Positions 41,318 through 64,000 of a DNA stretch of 64,000 nucleotides are shown piece by piece. The stretch's first letter is position 1. Every line of letters begins with the position of its first letter. The notes under the pieces were generated by a model, which ran no database searches, was not told where the DNA came from, and saw only the letters and a program-made list of their open reading frames with translations. The translations under genes and the position numbers were made by a program. Source of the stretch: Amoebidium appalachense. Taxonomy: Eukaryota; Protista; Ichthyosporea. The stretch spans positions 14,432,418 to 14,496,417 of the forward strand of contig CAVNZM010000001.1 in NCBI GenBank assembly GCA_963693365.1, written 5' to 3'.

Positions 41318-42810
41318 TGCATCCCCTGTCCATGGCACACAAACCTGAGCTCTTCTGTATATTTTTCAGTTTTATTTTCTTGTGTCTCTTATTCGATATC
41401 ATCCGTGTCCGTACGCGTCTTTCTGAACTGCGTTTTCGAAAGCACGGCCACACTGTAGTGGCTGACAGTGTGGCACCAGACAAGAGAGATGCACCGCAAT
41501 CGCCCCCCGTGAGTTTTTTTTTTTTTTTTTTGCATACACCATGTTAAACTAAGCACAATAAATCATACTTAGCAGAATTTAACAAAGAATTCACGAGGAT
41601 CCTGGCACCTATACCCACATTAATATTACTAATTGTACTTGCCAATGGTGTACGTATATAGTGAACTTCGAAACCATGCCCGGGCCTTGGTAACTGTATA
41701 GATAGCAACAACAGAAGGGATCATATTGCACTTTATTGGCCGCTCCCTCCGGCCAATCCGAAAACACATCATGTGCCCCATATGCATGATATGTACAACA
41801 TAATACAGATGATCATGAGAGACACCCCCTTATTAATGTTAACTACTGAACGGGCACAGCTGCTAAACCACAGACCTTACAGACAACATATCCTCCATGT
41901 GCGTTGAGCGCTACAAACTCATTGATGCTAGCTATTATCTGATTGCACACCATTATATATCATATCATGTATATTCAAATGCCAGCTACCGTAAAATGCA
42001 CAATGTCATCACCATACAGTATGTATACGTACGTACACCAAGACACAGTTGATTCACAGCGTAATATAACCGGCAACCGATGATGAAGGTTTCAGAAAGG
42101 AATGATGAAGATTTCAGAAAGGAAAAAAGGCATTGACCGGTATAAAAACGAATGAGAAAGTTGGAATATGCATATGGTAGAGTTCAGTAATTATCATAAA
42201 ATCACGACTTCCAATTTGCCCCTGCAACCGTTGTAATAGTTGTTGCGGCACACAAACGGCCGCAAATTAGCATAAACTAAGAAGACATTACAAATTACGA
42301 ATAAAGCCACTCAAACTGTTATGAATACAATGGTATTGCAGCGTCACATTAAAAAAATCATATACAATATATGGAATTTGACGTATACCCTTGGCACACC
42401 ATGACTCCAAGAGCTTCAAGAGTTAGTTGCCGACGAATGCGTGTGTGTAAAGCGTGTGACCAGTCTTTGCTAACCTACAGGAACGTGTAATACGGCATAA
42501 CAACCAATATAGATACATATAAAAACCAATATGAATGTGTGCACATTGCAACCCTATATATGCATAACGAGAGTTTTCAATGCTAGGTGGCGGCAAGTGC
42601 ATATGCGTGTTAACGTACATACGTGCATCGAGAGAAAACCTGTTGAGTCAACAATCATTCTCAAAGGTCCATCACACACGCACACCCAGTAAGTTACGAA
42701 ATGTTCAACATATCAGTTCTGTGGTGATGGTGGTGGTGGTGTGAATGGGTGCATGTGTGTGCGCGCGCACGTGTGTATGTATGTGTGCACGCGCAAGTGT
42801 GTGTGTTTGT

Positions 42811-42857
<47 letters not shown>

Positions 42858-43003
42858 GGGGGGGGGGGTCCATGCACTGGCATATGTATGTGTGCACGTG
42901 TATGTGCGTGTGTTTGCGCGCATGTTTTTTAGCGTGTGTGCGTGTATGCGCACGTGTGTGTATTGCTTTTTTTTTTTTTTTGGGGGGGGGGGGGGGGTTT
43001 AGC

Positions 43004-55574
<12,571 letters not shown>

Positions 55575-57878
55575 CTGTGGGGGACAAAGGAAAGGTGAAT
55601 GAGAATAGAAGCAAAAACTGGTGCTAGAACCACTGTGGGGTGGAGAGAAGGGGATGGGCATAGAACAAGTATTTCTGTGTTTGTTTTTTTCGTGTGTATG
55701 GGTGTATGTGGGTGTTTGAGTGTGTGTTGTGAGTGTGTGTGTGTCCGTGCGCGCACACACGCGTGTGTGTAAAGGGGTTTTGGCAACAGTCACATATGGC
55801 AGATGTATGTGGTTGGTTGACGGTACAAAAAAGCAAGTTTTTTTAAGGGGGAAACGTCGCTTGTTGCTTCTTGAAAAAACGAAGGCCTATCCCAGTAACC
55901 CTAGATCTAGTAGTGAGGATGATGCTTCTGAACAGCATTTCGTGGATTTAGCCGGCAACCAGGAAAACTAAAATGTGTATACGAACGTAGACGTAGTATA
56001 AAGGCAATAATCTTTGTGATCTTTGTTCCCATGTGAGCGACTGCGCTTCTGTGTGCAACAGCACTTGACGGCCACCATCATGTTTCCTTCAAAACACACT
56101 GAACGGCTGCTGCGAAAGCTGATCCGTCTTTGTAGGAGCTGATGCGGATGCCATTGGGGAGGAGGGAAGGGAAGGGGTGGGGACGGGGTTGAAGGTAAGA
56201 CGTGGGGTTGAGGAGACCACGCAGGAGGGGAGGGGGGAATGGGGTTTTTTTTTTTTTTTTTTTGGGGGGGGGGGGGGGGGGGAGGCATGGTGATGTGTGG
56301 CAGCTGGGATCTCGTGAGTTCTTCTCTAAGAGAAAGGAAGAAAGGGAGCACTAGGAGATGAGGGAAGGTGGAAATTCAAGGGCGAGGCGGCGGAGAGGGG
56401 GGGGGGGGGGGGGAGGGGAGGGGGAGGGGGGAGGGGGGGGGGGGGGGGGGGGAGGAGGTTACTTTGTGCTGTGATCGATCCATGGCCCGCCATTCCCGAA
56501 AGCGGCCGCGGGCCCTGGAGGTCCATTCACGGCAGCTGGACCACATTTTTGCAGCACAGCACCTGCCCTATAATAATCGTACAGAGACGTATGTTGCTAC
56601 CTCATTCTCATACAGACACCATAGAGATCTCTATCACTTCGAGACTGGGGCGTTTTTTTGGCTTGGCAGGGCTGGTTTTCACTGAACAGGTGAAGGATTT
56701 CTATCATAGTATGTACAGCGTAGCCCCTTTATATGCATGATCCGGGACTTACAAATAATATTAATGACATCACAGTGGTCGCCAAGTACGCATGATAGGG
56801 TATTATTATGGTAACGGAAAGAAGGGGGGAAAGTAGGGAAACACAATGCCAACAGTATTTTATAACTGTCTTTTTCTTGTAACCTGATTTTGAAGAGAAT
56901 ATATGTTTCTGTTGGCCTCTTTGTTCGTACCATAAGGACGCCCAGAGTCGGTGGGCCGCGGCAGCCTCGAAGGGGTCACCACTTTCAGCCAACTTCATAG
57001 CTTGCTATTTCCGACCATTTCATGACATTTAATATAAAACAGTAAACCTGTGGCCGGTAATACATAACCTACAAGACCTTTACGGGGTTCATGACAGGTT
57101 AACGGAATTTTTGAGTTGGCGGGCAAAGCCACCAACCACCAACAGCCGCTTGTGCGTAACACACAGAAACGTCCAAGTTTGTTTCACTGACGCGTTGCTG
57201 CCGTAGGCTCACGAAAAGATAGCACAAAAGGGTAGTCAAATAGAGAGAATTACCAGCGGGCTGGGTTCGCGTGGGTCACAGGGCCTCACTTACTTCAGCT
57301 TGTGCCTCTGTGCAAGCCACAGGGATTGTAATTCATAGACAGGGGGTAGTCGGTCGAGAGACTGCTGGAATGGCTGCTTTCTAACGACAAACGCGTTTGG
57401 CTTGGTAAGGGTTCCAGCCGCACGGCAATATAGAGACAAGTCCTGCGTGCTTTTCAAGTCCTTTTTTACTCCAGGTGAAACATTAATTGCTGGTTTCATC
57501 TCTATTTTGCTTCTCTTGTTTCCTCCCCTCACCTCCCCTCCCTCCCCAAGCCCCTCCCCCCCCCCCCCCCCCCCCCCCCGTTGTGTTGCACATCCAGCTC
57601 CTGGACTAACGATCTCGCAACACAAACGATTTCCATCTCTGCAGTAGTAGCTATTAAGCAACATGCATACTGCCATTTTATACTTGCTCCTTCTTCACTC
57701 TGTTGGAAAGGTTTGATATTTTTTACTTGCTCCTTCTTCACTCTGTTGGAAAGGTTTGATGATAATTCTTATATTAACAGACAATGTAGTCTATATTCCC
57801 TGTTTTATGTGCCTAGTGCACAGATGTTCTTATTTTTAGCTCACGCTTTGGTGCCTTGCAGGTTGTTGATTGTCAGAA

Positions 57879-60037
57879 ATGGAAGGATCAGGCCAGGGCC
57901 AGGGGTGGTCTCTGCCCCACCAGCCACCACCGGATGCTTCCCAATCAAGCAACACGGATGCTTCCCAATCAAGCAACACTCAGGGGTTGGATGTAAAAAT
58001 GGAGTCCGAGCCACCAGTTTCAATTGAAACGCCAAACATCACCGTGAGAATGGAAAATAATGGACTAGTGCCGCCAAAGCCCCTTGCACGCCTTCTTGCA
58101 GAGAAATCGAGGTCAAAAGGCACACCTGCGGGTAGCGGGGATGAGACTGATTCGAGCGACGAAGAGCCGGAGCCGGAGGTGGAAGACAAGGAGGAGGAAG
58201 AGGAGGATGATAGCTGGATGCCAAGCAACCTGAAGATTGGTCCAGACGTTATGGCCAAGCAGGGGGACATCTTAGTGGAGCAATTGCTGATTCTGGACGG
58301 AGAGCAGGTAAATGAGGTGGGTGAAGGTTTGATTCCTGGTCAGTTTGGATTTCGCCGTTTGCGACTTAACGTCTCTGCCGGAAGGCGTCCATTAAACAGC
58401 CCAGGCATGTATCAGACTTGATGTGGTTGGCTTCTGGTTCTGCTCTGGCTTGCTAAACATCGTGATATTATTATGGTGTGTATGATTGTCTGCTGGGCTA
58501 ACCCAATCTTGCAGGCACCCGAGGAGAGTGAGGAGAGTGGTGATGACTCCGACCAGGACAGCGATGACATGGATCTCATGGAGCTCTACAACCTTTACTA
58601 CCCTGAGGTCGTACTTCTTCCCCCCCCCCCCCCCCCCCACCTTCACACACACACACACGCACGTGCACGCACACGCACACACACACACACAAACACACAC
58701 ACATGGTTGTGCATCAACTCTTCCTTGTACTTTCTCTTACCAGCCCCCACTCCCGACACCCCTCCAACACCTCCCCGCTCCCCTCAGTCAACGGTTTCTT
58801 CGGCTGCAACCCGCTATTTGTCGCTACTTCCATCGAATATACTGTTCTATTTTCATTCACGTGTGTGCAACCACACACGTGCACACACACCGACACCCCT
58901 CGTGCACTGCACATGCGCACGAATGCAAACACATAATTCCCCCTCCCCTCCCCCCCCCTAAACACCGCTTAGCAGCCTCATATTCCTCAATACTCGTTTG
59001 TTGGTGTAAACCCCTTACATAGTTTTGTGCAACATGGCCCCACGTGTGTTCCTGTTCACACTGTTGCTGCTATCCCCAATACTGTCCCCACTTTTTCTTT
59101 GTTTCTTTGCTTGTTTGTTTATTTATTTGCTTGGGGAGGTGGGGGGGGGGGGGGGGGGGGAGAGAGAGAGAGGGGGGGGAGGGGGGGGGGGCAGAAGGTT
59201 ATAGGCAACAGAATGAGATTGGGGAAAGCTATAGGCACCGGTGATGTCATGTTGAATGGAGGAGCTTGTATACTGTATTCCTTGAGCAAAAATGCATTTT
59301 TCAAGCACCGTTCTTTAAGAAGATTCAGCAGTATATCCATTCTGGTTTTGTAGTTACCCACGTGCTAACGGCTGGAAACGTAAAACAGGACCATGATCGT
59401 ATGTGGTCTCGGAGCATGGTCAAGGGACCCAGGATACCACAGGTGAGTGGGGGTGTAGGGCTATGGCTGTGTGCTTGTGTGTGTGTGTTCGTATGTGTTT
59501 GTCTTTGTGTAAGGGTGTGTGTGAGTGTTGGCGTGGCCGTGGCCGTGGGTGTGGGTGTGGCTGTGGGTATGTATGGGGTGTGTGTGTGTGGTGCGTGTGT
59601 GTGTGTGGGGGGGTGAGTGTGTATTTCTGGGGGTTCTGTATGTGTGTAGTGGAGGAGAGGGGGGGGGGAGGGGTAGTGTATGGGTGGAAGATGGTGGTTG
59701 AGAGGGGGAGAGGGGGGGGGGGGGGGGGGGAGGCATGGGGGATTTGTGTACGCGCATGTGCACGCAGTGTTTTTTTATTATTATCATGTTTGCATCGACC
59801 CTTACATAGACTGGTTGCTTCTGCATGGGGTGGGTGGTTGTTTGGTTTTGTGCCTGTGTGTGTGTATGTATTTGTGTCTGGGAAAGAATCTGCGTGTGTG
59901 CGCTGCATGTCTTTTTGTATCCATGTGTGCTTGTGCATTTGTACGCGGTTTGCCTGTTATGTATCAGGCCTGAGCTGACAATGCCCCCCCCCCCCCCCCC
60001 CCCTTCTCCTTCCCTCATCCCTATCCCCCCCTCCCCA

Positions 60038-60068
<31 letters not shown>

Positions 60069-60296
60069 TACATACACACACACACACACACTATCTGCAC
60101 ATGCACAGATACACGTGCATACATTACACACTTGGACGAAGGCATGTACACACACACAGGCACACACCCACAAACCCATGGACGCATACAAAAGCGCGCA
60201 CCGGCCAGACGCACACACATCACACACATAACGCACACACACATACACGCACACACAACGTAACACACACACTCACTCACTCACACGCGCGCACGC

Positions 60297-60370
<74 letters not shown>

Positions 60371-60557
60371 CGCACTATACACCCTGCAGTTTGATGATGA
60401 CCTGGATATCGAGGGGCTTGGTCCCCTCCCTGACCCACATCCGTGCCTTCCCTATACATCTGACGCACTTGTGATTGTGGAGGTACGTGTTGATTAATGA
60501 AATAAGGGCTGCCCCTGTTTGCACGGTTGACCTTTGCCACCCCCCCTCCCCCCCCAA

Positions 60558-60588
<31 letters not shown>

Positions 60589-60653
60589 TCACTCACACTC
60601 ACTCACATACGTCCCCACTTACACAGACACGCACACACGCACACGCACACACA

Positions 60654-60700
<47 letters not shown>

Positions 60701-60851
60701 TCACACACCCTCACTATAACTCAACACTCGCGCCTGCGTACGACTGCCCCATGCTCACGCACATACATACGTTTTTCTGTTTTATGATTGATTCCTGGCA
60801 CCTGGCAGTCAAGAGCGCCCACATGCAGCACACTTAAAATTTGTGGTGTGC

Positions 60852-60946
<95 letters not shown>

Positions 60947-61747
60947 TGTGTTGTTCGTGGCCCGGTGGTCGTGGTCATGGTTGTGTGTGTGTTTTTTGGG
61001 GGGGGAGGGGGAAGGATGCACATTTGTTCGTGGTGTGAAGCGTTGCAAACAATGTAGTTGATTGGCGCATATACACCGGTTACCCACACGAGTACATGTG
61101 GATGCAAGGGTAGCAGGCCAGTGAGGATGTTTGAGGGTTGTTTATTGTTCGTCCACCCGCGTGTTTCTTCGCCTGTTTTTCCTTGGCGACCTACCTATTG
61201 TCAAGTTGTTCCGCCCACCCCCCCCCTCCCCCTGCTCTCCCCCTGATCCTCTGATGAATGTATGCCGGAGACTAAACGTGTGCACCGTGGACTGCACATA
61301 CACGCACACACACAAGTACAGACACGCATGCACACGCGCATCAGCACGCACTCGCACACATATTTTTGGGGGGCGGACCAGGATATCTGACGGACTGGTG
61401 TTGCAGATGGTGCACATGTTTAAGGATACGATCTTCAAGGACCTCTTTGCAAAGCACAACAAGGTCACTTTCGGTATGTGCGGTCGGGGTGTCTGTATAA
61501 ATCCGTGCCAACATGCGCACGTGCGTGCACACCCACAAACACTCACATGTGCCTGCACGTGCGCGTGAACACACACCCACAGACCTGCATAGGTACATGT
61601 ATGCACATGCAAGCATACTAACGTAACAGGCACACACACACGTACACAACGTGCGCTTTTATGCACTTGTACATGTGCTTACGTGCACAAGTCGCATACG
61701 GTCGGAAGGATATGGACGAAATTTTACACACACAAGACACACGCACA

Positions 61748-61800
<53 letters not shown>

Positions 61801-62404
61801 ACCACACTAATTACCTACCTCCCAGCGTGCTGTCCGTTGTTTATGTGTACTTCGTACTTGATGGCACATTCAAGCTCTCCCCCCCCCCCCCCCCCCCCTC
61901 CCCCTCCTGAGGATGGGCTCTGCTTAACATGCATACTTCGTGTGTATGGTTTGCGCTCTGCATCGTGTTATCCGTTGTTCATGTGTACTTCGTACTCTAT
62001 GACGCATTCAAACCTCCCCGCCCTCCCCCCGCTCTTGCCCCTTTTTCCCCATGCACAGTCCTACTACCCATATACAGAATCACACATGATCATGTATATG
62101 CCAGATGTGTATATTGCCGTACGCCATACCCCACAATCTGATAATTACTCAAACGCACACGTTGGATCCATGCTGACTAGATTTTGGTATCAAAGTAACA
62201 GCATTCGGAGGTCGAAGACCCTCCTCTCCTTGCCCCCTCTCTCCTCTCCACTTGCCGGGCTGCACTTACGTATACTGTGTGTGTTCTTGTTTGCATGCCT
62301 GCATTACCTTATCCGCTGCAATGACGCTGCATAATGGACCACATATCCCCCCCCCCCCCCCCCCCCCTCCCCCCGGGACCACCCCCTCCTCCGGCACGAG
62401 CGCG

Positions 62405-62479
<75 letters not shown>

Positions 62480-62851
62480 TAACACAAAGGGAAAGGGATA
62501 CCAATGCAAATCAAAGCCAAACCGTTTACATTCCGTTAATTCCCCTTCACTGTCAGGCAGTTTCTGACCCAGCCATTTCCCTTTGTTGCTGCAGAGCAAG
62601 TGATAGCAGCGGCACACAGCCGGCTTGAAAAGGAAGCCGAGGTGTACACAGAGATTATCCTCTTCCTGCTCAGCTACCTCATCACTGATAAGAGCACCGC
62701 ACCACGCCTCCCGTCCTTTGCCCCTGAGGAGGGCGTAGTGGTCACGTATGTAGCATGCTAGCACGATCCCGTTTCCTCGTGGTTGGTTCAGTGGGTGGTG
62801 TGCGTGCGTGCGTGGGGGTGTGCGTGGGTGGGTAAGTGGTTTTGGGTGGTG

Positions 62852-62920
<69 letters not shown>

Positions 62921-64000
62921 GTGTCACGCGCGCGCGCATGTGTGCGTTTGTGGGTGTGTGTGTGTGCGTGTGTGTGTGAAATGGTGTGGGGTGGTGTGTA
63001 TGTCACGTTGTGTGTGTGTGTGAGGTGGTGTGGGTGGTGTGGGTGTGTGTCACGGTGTGTGTGTGTGTGTGTGTGTTGTGGATTCATGCTGCATAGCACC
63101 CATCGACCTTTGTTTCCTTTGCTCGAGTGCCCTGTCGGTATGTTCCTGAGAGATTGCTGACTGCCCACTTAATATGTGCACCATATGTTTATTTTTCACC
63201 CGTTCTCTTACTGCTTCGTCTAAACCTCTGCCTGTGTGTACACATGTTTTTTTTTCGTTTGCTGTCTGCCTCTGCTCATGTGTTTCGGCATTTTAGTTTT
63301 TAGTTTTAAAGTTTTAGGTTTTTTTTTTTTGTTTTTTTTTTTGCTGACGTCTGACTACTCAACATGTGCCCGTGTATTCATTTGTTCGTTCTTACAGGGA
63401 GGAGGGGGAGAGGCACACAGCCGAGTACACCGATTTCACGGAAGTGATGGGGGCCCACCTCAAGCAGAAGATGCTGACCCGCCTGACACTGACCGAAACC
63501 CTTCGTCTCTACCTGCTGTCAAAGTCCGCAACAAACATCAATCTGCGCTGCTGTACTATCCCCCCCCCCCCCCCCCCCCAACCACCACCACCACCACCAC
63601 CACCATCCCCCCCTCTCCCATTCCACTCGCCGTTGTAGTTATCAGCTGTATAAGTGTGTTTATTCGTTTCTTTTGTTCTCTTTCTTGTCTTCGTTTTTTG
63701 GGGAAAAGTGAGAATGTGTGTGTGGTCGTGCACCTGTGTGTGTGTATTGGCACTGGTAGCGATAGTGTGTGTGCGGAGGATGGGGGGGGGGGGGGGGGTT
63801 ATTAATCAATACTGTCTTCTGGCACGAGCTATGGGTACGTTCTTGTATGTATGAAGATAACACTGTTGACACCGTCACCCACCCTTATTTGCTTTGTGTC
63901 ATTGGGGCTGTCTGGGCCGCACTGTCAATGCACCCCACTCACCCATTGCCTTTGCAGCATTGCCGTGGCCTGCCATGAAACGCCTAAACGATGCCATCGA
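57879..64000 (+). CDS. DDT-domain chromatin-remodelling subunit (BAZ1A/ACF1- or BAZ2-like), 5' part; continues beyond the window
   Basis: Exons 57879-58307, 58515-58607, 59389-59442, 60390-60482, 61407-61473, 62595-62745, 63398-63523 and 63958-end join in phase. DDLDIEGLGPLPDPHP...YTSDALVIVEMVHMF...VTFEQVIAA...YTEIILFLLSYL fits a DDT domain. GAHLKQKMLTRLTLTETLRLYLL resembles recalled BAZ1A GCSLKSLDLDSCTLSEILRLHIL. Confidence 0.8.

Noticed and set aside
62309-62764. Minus-strand ORF with protein-like ISDEVAEQEEDNL...
   Set aside because: It is the antisense shadow of the DDT exon 62595-62745.

Overview
Eukaryotic genomic DNA, saturated with (GA)n, (CA/TG)n and poly-G/poly-C tracts; nearly all short ORFs in the supplied track are microsatellite artefacts. 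Real genes have small exons and had to be spliced by hand. Host genes: an intronless arrestin with beta-arrestin-like motifs (5721-7889 +), the 3' part of an orphan multi-exon gene (ends 13018 +), a large mostly disordered multi-exon gene (16451-28288 -), an NRAMP/SLC11 metal transporter of about 17 exons (43004-55574 or further, -), and a DDT-domain BAZ/ACF1-like chromatin gene running off the window (57879->64000 +). A beta-arrestin-like gene plus a BAZ-type DDT gene suggests a holozoan, perhaps unicellular (inference only). The interval ~28.4-42 kb is a mobile-element cluster. Its most unusual component is an 8.4-kb inverted-repeat-bounded element (31006-39404, ACT flanks) with no recognisable transposase. 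Its left repeat is split at a palindromic site by a 6-kb module, and it carries two convergent orphan genes: a decayed three-exon gene resembling a viral OB-fold ssDNA-binding protein and an intronless AT-rich 363-aa ORF. Also notable: poly(C) tracts directly after many, often weak, 5' splice sites; a foldback punctuated by three direct 9-mers; and a four-cysteine loop insertion in a plant-NRAMP1-like transporter. All homology calls come from motif recall, not database searches.
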